64,000 nt of DNA from a virus: IMG/VR virus record IMGVR_UViG_3300016457_000282, positions 32,001-96,000 of that record; one strand, 5' to 3'. The translations under genes were made by a program, and so were the position numbers. Below the pieces are notes generated by a model. That model saw nothing but the letters and a program-made list of their open reading frames with translations, was not told where the DNA came from and did no database searches. Shown one piece after another: positions 35,974-44,842 of the stretch; within the stretch, counting starts at the first letter, position 1, and the number at the start of each line of letters is the position of its first letter.

Positions 35974-36717
35974 ATGAATAAGGAGGAATTAGCGCAAATA
36001 TTAAAGAACCACGAAAAGTGGCTGACAGGAAAAAAGGGAACAAAAGCTAATCTGGAAGAGGTTGATTTGAGAGGAGTTGATCTCACAAGAGCTGATCTTA
36101 GGGAAGCTAATCTCAGAGGAGCCGACCTCTGGAGAGCTAATCTCTGGAGAGCTGATCTCTGGGGAGCTAACCTCAGAGAAGCTAACCTCAGAGGAGCTGA
36201 TCTCTGGGAAGCTAACCTTTGGGAAGCTAATCTCAGAGGAGCTAATCTCTGGGAAGCTAACCTCTGGAGAGCTAATCTTAAGGAAGCTGATCTCACAGGC
36301 GCTGATCTCAGAGGAGCTGATCTCACAGGCGCTGATCTCACGGGAGCTAATCTCAGGGATATCAGAATAAATTATTTAACCGTGGGTATCCACCCAGCAC
36401 CAGAAGGGGATCTAATTGGTTGGGGAAAGAAAAACGGCCACATCGTCAAACTCCTTATCCCTAAAGAAGCTCGCCGGTCATGTGCTACAACAAGAAAGTA
36501 TAGAGCAGAATATGCTATTTGTTTGGAAATCGAAGGAGCAGATGAGGTAAAAGTAGAAAATTACTATGCTACTGCGATTTACCGGTCCGGAGAAAAAGTG
36601 GTAGCACATGAGTGGTGTGAGGATAGATGGCAAGAATGTGCAGGAGGAATTCATTTCTTCCTGACTAGAGAGGAAGCAGAAAATTGGGTTGACTCAAAGG
36701 AGGTAAACCATGATTAA
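35974..36717 (+). CDS. pentapeptide-repeat protein with DUF5758-like domain (tandem paralog)
   Basis: Same architecture with fewer repeats. Confidence 0.88.
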   Translation: MNKEELAQILKNHEKWLTGKKGTKANLEEVDLRGVDLTRADLREANLRGADLWRANLWRADLWGANLREANLRGADLWEANLWEANLRGANLWEANLWRANLKEADLTGADLRGADLTGADLTGANLRDIRINYLTVGIHPAPEGDLIGWGKKNGHIVKLLIPKEARRSCATTRKYRAEYAICLEIEGADEVKVENYYATAIYRSGEKVVAHEWCEDRWQECAGGIHFFLTREEAENWVDSKEVNHD

Positions 36718-37009
36718 AGAAGTGTTCCTTTTCACAAACCGGAATTTACTCGTCCTTGATGAAAAAGGTGAGCAAATAGCTGATATACAAAGAGTGATAG
36801 GATGGGGAACTGAATGGTTTGAGCATGAACGCGAAGAAGAGGCTTTAGAAAGGATTATTCAAGATAGACCTAAAATTTACTTAGCGAATTATGTTAAAGG
36901 ATGGAAGCATGAAATTACTGTTGATGAATTTTGTTCACTGCTGGGTCACGGGCCTTGGTATTGGGAAAAGTATAAGAAAAGTAAGGCTAATAAAGAGGAA
37001 GAGTATTGA
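36710..37009 (+). CDS. hypothetical protein
   Basis: AAGGAGG RBS. Confidence 0.7.
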   Translation: MIKEVFLFTNRNLLVLDEKGEQIADIQRVIGWGTEWFEHEREEEALERIIQDRPKIYLANYVKGWKHEITVDEFCSLLGHGPWYWEKYKKSKANKEEEY

Positions 37010-37055
37010 CATCCTCTCTTACCCAGAGGGAAGGGGCCTTGCAGGCTCAAATTAG
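37004..37055 (+). mobile_element. IS200/IS605-type end hairpin remnant (PATE-like), copy 2
   Basis: TATTGACATCCTCTCTTACCCAGAGGGAAGGGGCCTTGCAGGCTCAAATTAG; related to 952-1005. Confidence 0.45.
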
Positions 37056-37084
37056 AAAAAGAAGAAAGTGCTCAGGGGGTTGAA

Positions 37085-37903
37085 ATGTTACATTTATGGC
37101 ACCGCTGGAAATATGTGTACAAATATTCAGGTACTGAATGTTTCGAAGAAGTAGAACTTCCTCAATTTAGACGCGCTTATAGAATTTGTACGCAGTGCGG
37201 CAAAGTGCAAGAACGTTTTACGCACTTTGATGGTGGCGTGTCTTGGTATAACTTACACGGAGTCAAGAAAAGAATCTTAATGCGGAGACTTGTTGATAAA
37301 GGAGACCACTATTATCTTCGGCCACGTGCACAAGTCAAAAGTACTGACGCCGCGCATAAGCGCCGATTAAAACAATTATTGATTGATTATGCTCTAATTT
37401 TCGATGATGTTAAACTTTCGTCCGGTAGTCAAAGTACCTACTATATTGATGCTAGAATGGTTACAACTTCGTCAGAAGGAGCGTCAATTATAGCTGAGAT
37501 AATGAGAGATGTAATTGAAGAGGTTGATGCAGTTGGTGGCCCTACAATTGGTGCTGATCCAATACTTGGAGCACTTGCGGGCAAAGGTTACTATCGTACT
37601 TTTATCATCAGAAAAGAGCCTAAAGAATACGGCTTGTGTAAATGGATTGAAGGTCAGCTTACAGAGAAAGACAAGAGAGTGGCTATTGTAGATGATGTGG
37701 CAACAACAGGGCGTTCTCTGGTGAAAGCAATCCAAACTGTCAAGGGCCACTTTCCTCATATCAACATAGCTAAGGTCGTGGTCCTGGTTGATCGTGAGGA
37801 AGGGGCGAAAGAAGCCTTAAGCGAGCACAATTATCAATTAGTTAGTATTTTTAAAGCAAGTGAATTGATTAAAAAGTTGAAGGAAAAACAAAAAGAGGAA
37901 TAG
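37085..37903 (+). CDS. pyrE: orotate phosphoribosyltransferase with N-terminal extension
   Basis: LSSGSQSTYYIDAR, VGGPTIGADP, IRKEPKEYG, IVDDVATTGRS, VLVDREEG. Confidence 0.85.
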   Translation: MLHLWHRWKYVYKYSGTECFEEVELPQFRRAYRICTQCGKVQERFTHFDGGVSWYNLHGVKKRILMRRLVDKGDHYYLRPRAQVKSTDAAHKRRLKQLLIDYALIFDDVKLSSGSQSTYYIDARMVTTSSEGASIIAEIMRDVIEEVDAVGGPTIGADPILGALAGKGYYRTFIIRKEPKEYGLCKWIEGQLTEKDKRVAIVDDVATTGRSLVKAIQTVKGHFPHINIAKVVVLVDREEGAKEALSEHNYQLVSIFKASELIKKLKEKQKEE

Positions 37904-37907
37904 GCAG

Positions 37908-38174
37908 ATGGATACATATAGAAAAAAGCCGGTTATAGTAAAAAGCAGAGCAATGGATGGGGAATTTACACCTGAGCTATTAGAGGCCTTACAATTGAGC
38001 GGGCGTCGTTTTGCTAAAGCCAGCGATGGAGATTTGCTAATTTCAACACTGAAGGGTATCATGCGAGCAACTAAAGAGGATTATATCATTTTGGTGTTAA
38101 TGGCGAGCCATACCCCCGCAAGCCCGATATTTTTGAAAGAACTTATGAAAAAGAAAGTGATAAAGGCGGTGTAA
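37908..38174 (+). pseudogene. frameshifted phage protein (YRKKPV..GDYII.GV.GE.YP.KPDIF..TYE family)
   Basis: After DYII the expected GVNGEPYPRKPDIFERTYE lies in another frame. Confidence 0.6.
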
Positions 38175-38176
38175 CT

Positions 38177-38401
38177 ATGTCAGAACAAGTATTTGCCATA
38201 CAGATGGTTATGGTAATGCGTTCAGACCTTCCTGATATTGTAGAGCGTCCTTGCGACAATTGTTTTTTCAAGGAAGGTTGCCCGTTTTCTGAGTTTTTGA
38301 TTGTGGATTGTCCTATGGTAGATAAAAAGCCAACAGAGGAAGATCAGGCCATGATTTTTGTGCCACAAGAAGGAAGACAGGTAAAGAGGAGGGATTATTG
38401 A
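38177..38401 (+). CDS. small Cys-containing protein
   Basis: CDNC..C..C. Confidence 0.55.
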   Translation: MSEQVFAIQMVMVMRSDLPDIVERPCDNCFFKEGCPFSEFLIVDCPMVDKKPTEEDQAMIFVPQEGRQVKRRDY

Positions 38402-38413
38402 GAAAGATTTTTA

Positions 38414-38798
38414 TTGATGAAAGAGAGGTATATAATAGACCTAAATGAACGTAGAGCAAAGTTTGTTTATGAAGGGGCTAGGTTACACGCTGTTCAATTA
38501 CGGTGTCCTGTCATTCCAAAACCATGGGATGAGCGGGAAAAGGAATTTAAAGAGCAATTCAGGGATTTAACTGCGGACTTGTGTTCTGGTAAAAAGAAAT
38601 TTCAAAACTCCGAAGAGGCTCATAACTCATGGATGAAGAAATACCTTGAAAATGGGATGGAAGTATGGCGAAAAATATGATCCAGAAAACAAAATTCATC
38701 CAGACTTAGTGCCTTACAATAAACTTCCCTTAGAAGAACAAGTCAAAGATGAGGTATTTGTCCGGCTAGTTGAAATCGCACGGGACTGTATTTGGTAA
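38414..38798 (+). pseudogene. RyR-domain phage protein, frameshifted at ~38652
   Basis: HNSWM..ENG, then in a shifted frame WKYGEKYDPENKIHPDLVPYNKLPLEEQVKD. Confidence 0.7.
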
Positions 38799-38918
38799 AT
38801 AAGGACACCAACGATGACAGAGAGGAAAATTGACTTCATTGACCTAATAGCAAATGACATCCTAAGCCTAGCCAAAAACTGACCCGTAAGTGGCGAGGTT
38901 GCTGCTATCCACGGAGTA

Positions 38919-39152
38919 TGGATTGAAGGTCAGCTTACAGAGAAAGATGAAAGAGTAGCTATCATAGATGATGTAGCAACGACTGGGCGTTCTTTGGTGA
39001 AAGCAATCCAAACCGTCAAGGATCACTTTCCCCACATTTAAGTGGTTAAGATAGTAGTATTAGTTGATCGTGAAGAAGGTGTGGAACAAGTTTTGACCAA
39101 ACACGGTTTTTCAGTTGGTTAGTATTTTCAAGGTAAGTCAGTTAATTTCTAA
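38919..39152 (+). pseudogene. truncated, frameshifted duplicate of the pyrE 3' half
   Basis: WIEGQLTEKDERVAIIDDVATTGRSLVKAIQTVK.. nearly identical to pyrE from 37643 onward. Confidence 0.8.
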
Positions 39153-39167
39153 AGGAGGTAATGAAAA

Positions 39168-39557
39168 ATGATAGTTGAAACACATAAGTGTGAGTGGTGT
39201 GGAAAGATCACTCTCGATGTTCATGCGGAAAAAGGATGGGTCTTTTTTGACGACCTTGGAACGCATATTGTTAAAGGAGAAACTGGAGAAGGTTGTTCCA
39301 GTTTCATTACGTCTTTCGAATCTCTTAGGTATACGGGCAGTGGCTCTCTTGATTTCTGTTCGTTAAAGTGTTTCTTAGGTTGGTTACTATTATCTAATAG
39401 AACTAACGGAGACCGTAGTTTGCCTTCGGAAAAACGAAAGCAGCTCGTAGAAGAGTTGTTGAAAAGTAGTGGAATTATACAGACCTGTGATTCGTTTCTA
39501 ACTAAGAGACAGGAGAATGAAAGCGGTATGAACCTAAGTGAGCAGAAAGAAGATTGA
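39168..39557 (+). CDS. Zn-binding hypothetical protein
   Basis: CEWC...DFCSLKC; AAGGAGG RBS. Confidence 0.65.
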   Translation: MIVETHKCEWCGKITLDVHAEKGWVFFDDLGTHIVKGETGEGCSSFITSFESLRYTGSGSLDFCSLKCFLGWLLLSNRTNGDRSLPSEKRKQLVEELLKSSGIIQTCDSFLTKRQENESGMNLSEQKED

Positions 39558-39590
39558 AAACATACTCTGTTTAGTGGGAGGTGTTTATTT

Positions 39591-40085
39591 ATGGATTTAA
39601 AAGAAATGCTCTCGGTAGCGAAGAAGAAAGCAGATTCAAAGTATGAAGAATGCCCAGAATGTGAGGAGATTGCAAAGGATCTTATGCGCAGGTTTCCTAA
39701 CCTCTTAGAACATGCTAAGGAGGCTAACATTAGGTATTTGAAGAAGTGGAGTGAGAAGTCTCGTTACTTAGGCAAATGTTCAAGAGCGACTGGAAAATGG
39801 GCTTATTTAACCGGCTACGATTACGTAATTGAAGTATGGGCTGATTGGTGGGCAGGTGCGGAGCTGCAAGAAAAGGAAGCTTTGTTACTCCACGAGCTTC
39901 GTCATATCGTGAAAAGTATAACTAGTCAAGGAAAGGTCAAGTGGGGGCTGCGTCAACATGATGTGGAAGAGTTCTTTGATGTAGTTCGTATTTATGGCGC
40001 TTGGGATAATTCTCTTATGAAGTTGAAGAAAGTGTTAGAGGAGAGTGAAAATGAAAGTTGTGCAAGGGAAGAACACACTGATTAA
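39591..40085 (+). CDS. putative phage metallopeptidase
   Basis: LLHELRH...LRQHDVEEF. Confidence 0.75.
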   Translation: MDLKEMLSVAKKKADSKYEECPECEEIAKDLMRRFPNLLEHAKEANIRYLKKWSEKSRYLGKCSRATGKWAYLTGYDYVIEVWADWWAGAELQEKEALLLHELRHIVKSITSQGKVKWGLRQHDVEEFFDVVRIYGAWDNSLMKLKKVLEESENESCAREEHTD

Positions 40086-40371
40086 TTGGCGCTTTTCGCC
40101 ATATACGGGCGAACCTGAAGTTGATTCTTGCTTAGTTGTGAGAACTTACCCGAAGAGCTTCTTGGAAGTAGCAGCTCAACTAGCACCTCCTGAAGTGCAG
40201 AAGGAACTAGAAGCTGAGGCTAGTGCTATTCGGGCCTTTTTCCTGCGACGACGTCATCATAGTGAATTACGTTTGTTGAATTTGAAGGATCTGGAACTGA
40301 CACTTGAGGGTGCAGAATTTTTGGTCAAGGAGGTTTTGCCTAAAGAGAGGTTGCTAGAATTGAGCAAATAG
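40051..40371 (+). CDS. hypothetical protein
   Basis: GAGGAG RBS before ATG 40051. Confidence 0.6.
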   Translation: MKVVQGKNTLINWRFSPYTGEPEVDSCLVVRTYPKSFLEVAAQLAPPEVQKELEAEASAIRAFFLRRRHHSELRLLNLKDLELTLEGAEFLVKEVLPKERLLELSK

Positions 40372-40381
40372 GAGGGTTTTC

Positions 40382-40672
40382 ATGAGCGCTGCTCAAATCA
40401 AAGAGTTGAAACAAACATGCTTTGCTTGTCCTTCTCAATGGGAGATTAAACTCGTTGACGGAAGGATGGTTTATGTTAGATATCGATGGGGCTATTTAAG
40501 TATAAAGATTTCTCCTAGTGTTACAGATGACATATTTGACGCGGTGAGAGGTAAGGAAATTCTAGGAGTACAACTAGGTTGTGGTTTAGATGGAGAGATT
40601 ACCGAAGAAGATATGATGGCGTATCTTACTAAGGCTTTGAAGGGTATTACACCCGTTGAAGAGGAGGTGTAG
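40382..40672 (+). CDS. conserved phage hypothetical protein
   Basis: TCFACPSQWE..DGR..YVRYRWG. Confidence 0.7.
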   Translation: MSAAQIKELKQTCFACPSQWEIKLVDGRMVYVRYRWGYLSIKISPSVTDDIFDAVRGKEILGVQLGCGLDGEITEEDMMAYLTKALKGITPVEEEV

Positions 40673-40673
40673 G

Positions 40674-41588
40674 ATGGAGTTTGATGTAGTTAGAGAGTTT
40701 AGTGAAAGATGTTTTGATGTAGTGAGCCCTTTCCGCATGACACCGCAAGGACAGGTGGTTTTAGAAGGACAATTTTATCCCTTAACAGACTGGGCTAGGC
40801 AGCAAGTTTGTAAGTTAGCTGGATGTACACCTAAGTTCTTTGAGGCATTGGTTGAACATGAAGAATGTGAGGTTTTCAACAAAGTAGTTGGGGACAAGAT
40901 CCTCTTATTCAGAGGTGTCCGCGATTCTTCAGAGGATTATATTCGCGCTGTACTAAGTACACAGTACAACACTAGCATAAGTAACGTTTGGGTGATAGAC
41001 GAGATAATCAAAAAGGTCAACTTCGTAAAGGTACTAGCTAGTAAGGACGTCCAAATTAGCCTCGAGAAATTTGATGAAGACTTCTTAGGTGTTGGAGTTA
41101 GTGCTGGTGATATTGGACTTTTAGTCCTCAATGGAGAAACAGGACGTGTTGCTTTGTCTTTCTTAGTTAAAGTAGTACTTAACGGATTTCCTCTAACTAC
41201 CGTAATTCACAGAAAAATTCACACTAATTTAGACCCAACTGTTACTGAGGACATATTACTGGAAAGTGTGACAACAGTAGTTACTAAGGTAAACTCTCTA
41301 ACTGCAGATGTGTTGGAGAGAAAATTCAAAGTAAGGAAAGTTGATCTGAGACTGTTTTCTTACCCTCGAGAAGTAAAATCTGTTCTCTTTGATTTACCTC
41401 GACTTAAAGTAGATGACGTGACCGAAATTACCCTCTCGCAGTTACTTGAAAGAGCGAAGGAGATAGAAGACTTTAGGTGGAGCTTGATCTTGAGTTGTGA
41501 TCTGTATAATGTTTGTACATCATTTACGACTTACGTAAAGGAAGGGTGGATCGTAAGATGGCCGGTGAGAACGAATTGGCTAAAATGA
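40674..41588 (+). CDS. hypothetical protein, DUF932-like
   Basis: LTDWARQQVC..IRAVLSTQY..N..GDIGLLVLNGETG; GAGGAGG RBS before ATG 40674. Confidence 0.55.
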   Translation: MEFDVVREFSERCFDVVSPFRMTPQGQVVLEGQFYPLTDWARQQVCKLAGCTPKFFEALVEHEECEVFNKVVGDKILLFRGVRDSSEDYIRAVLSTQYNTSISNVWVIDEIIKKVNFVKVLASKDVQISLEKFDEDFLGVGVSAGDIGLLVLNGETGRVALSFLVKVVLNGFPLTTVIHRKIHTNLDPTVTEDILLESVTTVVTKVNSLTADVLERKFKVRKVDLRLFSYPREVKSVLFDLPRLKVDDVTEITLSQLLERAKEIEDFRWSLILSCDLYNVCTSFTTYVKEGWIVRWPVRTNWLK

Positions 41589-42067
41589 GATTCGATCAGA
41601 TTTTAAGTGCGGATCTGAGTTTGTACCGAGATATTATTCAATGGTCTGCTGTTTTGTTTAGCTACAATTTACCCGGAGTTCCTGATTCGGTATTGATTGA
41701 ACTGTACTACAAATGGTTAGGTAAACTACCTATCTCTAAACAGGCTCGTGCCGCGAGCGCGTTTTTCTTAGGGTTAAGTCGGGGGCAACAATACTCTTTG
41801 GGCAGCTTTTTCGAGGAACCCGTCTTCATTAAGAAACAAGATGAGCGTAACCTCGAGCTTAATCATAACAGCCCTTTTTTGAGTGAATCAGCGGGCCTTT
41901 CACAACAGGATATTACTGAAGTGTTCGATATCGATGTTAACTCTTTCTGCCTCGTTGACGTTGTTAAGAAGTGGTTTGAAGAGGGAAAGACTTTAGAACA
42001 AATTTGTGTCTTGTCTTTTCTTTGTGGTGAGAGCTACTTCAAAGCCCGGATAAAGGAGATTCAGTAA
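41558..42067 (+). CDS. hypothetical protein
   Basis: ATG 41558 with upstream GGGTGG; overlaps the previous gene. Confidence 0.55.
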   Translation: MAGENELAKMRFDQILSADLSLYRDIIQWSAVLFSYNLPGVPDSVLIELYYKWLGKLPISKQARAASAFFLGLSRGQQYSLGSFFEEPVFIKKQDERNLELNHNSPFLSESAGLSQQDITEVFDIDVNSFCLVDVVKKWFEEGKTLEQICVLSFLCGESYFKARIKEIQ

Positions 42068-42087
42068 AAGTTGAGGGGGTACCTATA

Positions 42088-42657
42088 GTGGGTAAAGGTG
42101 ATGATTTCGAACGTGATCAGTGCCGGTTCTTATCTCTTTGGTGGACTAAAGGGGCGCGAGATGACATTTTCTGGCGTAATAGAAGGCACCGTACTATTAA
42201 GGATCCGACTGGACGTCATCAACTTGGAGATATAACAGCTCTTCAACCGGAAGGAATCCCTTTTGTTGAGATATTCAATGTAGAACTCAAAACAGGTTAC
42301 TCAAAAACTAAGAAAGGAAAAAGGGTCAAGAACATACCTTGGGATGTACTTGACCTAATAGATCATACAGGATCAGAACCTCAAGATCCAGTGTTACTTC
42401 GTTTTTGGGAGCAGACATACAAAGACGCCTCTTTGAGTAAAAGGTTACCTCTCTTGATTTTTAAGAGAGATTATCACGTTCCTGTCGTTTGTATTGAAGA
42501 AGGTACCCTTCGTTCCTTGATTCCTCGCCTAGAAGAACCCTCCTACCCGTGGGTCCAATTCTCAAAGGATGGTGTCGCTTTGGTAATGTTCCGAGAGGAA
42601 CATTTTTTTAGTTGGTTAACTCCTGAGGTAGTGAAAGAAATTCATCGCGGTTACTGA
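42088..42657 (+). CDS. PD-(D/E)XK nuclease, Holliday-junction-resolvase (Hjc)-like
   Basis: KG..FER, GDI, VELK motifs; LPLLIFKR. Confidence 0.7.
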   Translation: MGKGDDFERDQCRFLSLWWTKGARDDIFWRNRRHRTIKDPTGRHQLGDITALQPEGIPFVEIFNVELKTGYSKTKKGKRVKNIPWDVLDLIDHTGSEPQDPVLLRFWEQTYKDASLSKRLPLLIFKRDYHVPVVCIEEGTLRSLIPRLEEPSYPWVQFSKDGVALVMFREEHFFSWLTPEVVKEIHRGY

Positions 42658-42899
42658 TACTGAAATACAGTACTAATTAGTCGCGCGTATTTTCGCACAA
42701 AATCATAGGAATTTGCGCAGTTCTTTGTTCAGAGTATGTCTTAGTATTGCTAGTAGGGGAACCATCACAAATTCGCGCATTTTGTGAGTTTTAGTTACTT
42801 TATGGTTCAACAAAGCCCTCAATTAGTTGCCTTAGTACGAATAGGAGAGGTTGTTACGTCCGTTTGAACCTAGGAGGGGTTCCCTTTGAACTCCCCATT

Positions 42900-42953
42900 G
42901 TCACATGATCAGGTGCTAAAGCATCCAGCTTTCTCTGCATGAAGTTTGTAAAG
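42900..42953 (+). mobile_element. IscB-element end scar, copy C (subtelomeric)
   Basis: GTCACATGATCAGGTGCTAAAGCATCCAGCTTTCTCTGCATGAAGTTTGTAAAG. Confidence 0.65.
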
Positions 42954-42973
42954 TTATTACAAACCTGCGGTCC

Positions 42974-43036
42974 ATAGGAACTAATAAACTTATATAGGAA
43001 CCAATAAACTTATATAGGAACCAATAAACTTATATA
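42974..43036. repeat. 3 x 20-bp tandem repeat (subtelomeric)
   Basis: ATAGGAAC(T/C)AATAAACTTAT x3. Confidence 0.9.
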
Positions 43037-43066
43037 AGATTATACAAATTTATGTTTTCGGAACTG

Positions 43067-43150
43067 AGTTTCGAGGGTTTTTGGAAAAGTTTCGAGGGTT
43101 TTTGGAAAAGTTTCGAGGGTTTTTGGAAAAGTTTCGAGGGTTTTGGGAAA
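43067..43150. repeat. 4 x 21-bp tandem repeat (subtelomeric)
   Basis: AGTTTCGAGGGTTTT(T/G)GGAAA x4. Confidence 0.9.
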
Positions 43151-43190
43151 TTTTGACGGTCTAACTCGGTGAAATCCTTAGCAAATTTTG

Positions 43191-43240
43191 CTTAATAAGA
43201 TTTAATAAGATCTTATAAGATCTTATTAAATCTTATTAAG
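43191..43240. other. axis of symmetry; putative hairpin telomere or concatemer junction
   Basis: CTTAATAAGATTTAATAAGATCTTA|TAAGATCTTATTAAATCTTATTAAG, perfect palindrome centred at 43215/43216. Confidence 0.7.
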
Positions 43241-43773
43241 CAAAATTTGCTAAGGATTTCACCGAGTTAGACCGTCAAAATTTCCCAAAACCCTCGAAAC
43301 TTTTCCAAAAACCCTCGAAACTTTTCCAAAAACCCTCGAAACTTTTCCAAAAACCCTCGAAACTCAGTTCCGAAAACATAAATTTGTATAATCTTATATA
43401 AGTTTATTGGTTCCTATATAAGTTTATTGGTTCCTATATAAGTTTATTAGTTCCTATGGACCGCAGGTTTGTAATAACTTTACAAACTTCATGCAGAGAA
43501 AGCTGGATGCTTTAGCACCTGATCATGTGACAATGGGGAGTTCAAAGGGAACCCCTCCTAGGTTCAAACGGACGTAACAACCTCTCCTATTCGTACTAAG
43601 GCAACTAATTGAGGGCTTTGTTGAACCATAAAGTAACTAAAACTCACAAAATGCGCGAATTTGTGATGGTTCCCCTACTAGCAATACTAAGACATACTCT
43701 GAACAAAGAACTGCGCAAATTCCTATGATTTTGTGCGAAAATACGCGCGACTAATTAGTACTGTATTTCAGTA

Positions 43774-44343
43774 TCAGTAACCGCGATGAATTTCTTTCAC
43801 TACCTCAGGAGTTAACCAACTAAAAAAATGTTCCTCTCGGAACATTACCAAAGCGACACCATCCTTTGAGAATTGGACCCACGGGTAGGAGGGTTCTTCT
43901 AGGCGAGGAATCAAGGAACGAAGGGTACCTTCTTCAATACAAACGACAGGAACGTGATAATCTCTCTTAAAAATCAAGAGAGGTAACCTTTTACTCAAAG
44001 AGGCGTCTTTGTATGTCTGCTCCCAAAAACGAAGTAACACTGGATCTTGAGGTTCTGATCCTGTATGATCTATTAGGTCAAGTACATCCCAAGGTATGTT
44101 CTTGACCCTTTTTCCTTTCTTAGTTTTTGAGTAACCTGTTTTGAGTTCTACATTGAATATCTCAACAAAAGGGATTCCTTCCGGTTGAAGAGCTGTTATA
44201 TCTCCAAGTTGATGACGTCCAGTCGGATCCTTAATAGTACGGTGCCTTCTATTACGCCAGAAAATGTCATCTCGCGCCCCTTTAGTCCACCAAAGAGATA
44301 AGAACCGGCACTGATCACGTTCGAAATCATCACCTTTACCCAC
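43774..44343 (-). CDS. Hjc-like nuclease (mirror copy)
   Basis: Identical to 42088-42657. Confidence 0.7.
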   Translation of the reverse strand: MGKGDDFERDQCRFLSLWWTKGARDDIFWRNRRHRTIKDPTGRHQLGDITALQPEGIPFVEIFNVELKTGYSKTKKGKRVKNIPWDVLDLIDHTGSEPQDPVLLRFWEQTYKDASLSKRLPLLIFKRDYHVPVVCIEEGTLRSLIPRLEEPSYPWVQFSKDGVALVMFREEHFFSWLTPEVVKEIHRGY

Positions 44344-44842
44344 TATAGGTACCCCCTCAACTTTTACTGAATCTCCTTTATCCGGGCTTTGAAGTAGCTC
44401 TCACCACAAAGAAAAGACAAGACACAAATTTGTTCTAAAGTCTTTCCCTCTTCAAACCACTTCTTAACAACGTCAACGAGGCAGAAAGAGTTAACATCGA
44501 TATCGAACACTTCAGTAATATCCTGTTGTGAAAGGCCCGCTGATTCACTCAAAAAAGGGCTGTTATGATTAAGCTCGAGGTTACGCTCATCTTGTTTCTT
44601 AATGAAGACGGGTTCCTCGAAAAAGCTGCCCAAAGAGTATTGTTGCCCCCGACTTAACCCTAAGAAAAACGCGCTCGCGGCACGAGCCTGTTTAGAGATA
44701 GGTAGTTTACCTAACCATTTGTAGTACAGTTCAATCAATACCGAATCAGGAACTCCGGGTAAATTGTAGCTAAACAAAACAGCAGACCATTGAATAATAT
44801 CTCGGTACAAACTCAGATCCGCACTTAAAATCTGATCGAATC

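Noticed and set aside
35072-36370. Alternative-frame and antisense ORFs over the pentapeptide genes (and mirrors 50061-51359)
   Set aside because: Shadow ORFs produced by the 15-bp repeat.
1-43215. Protelomerase, capsid, terminase, DNA polymerase, tRNA or rRNA genes
   Set aside because: No recognisable motifs by eye. The viral assignment therefore rests on accessory gene content and organisation, not on hallmark genes.
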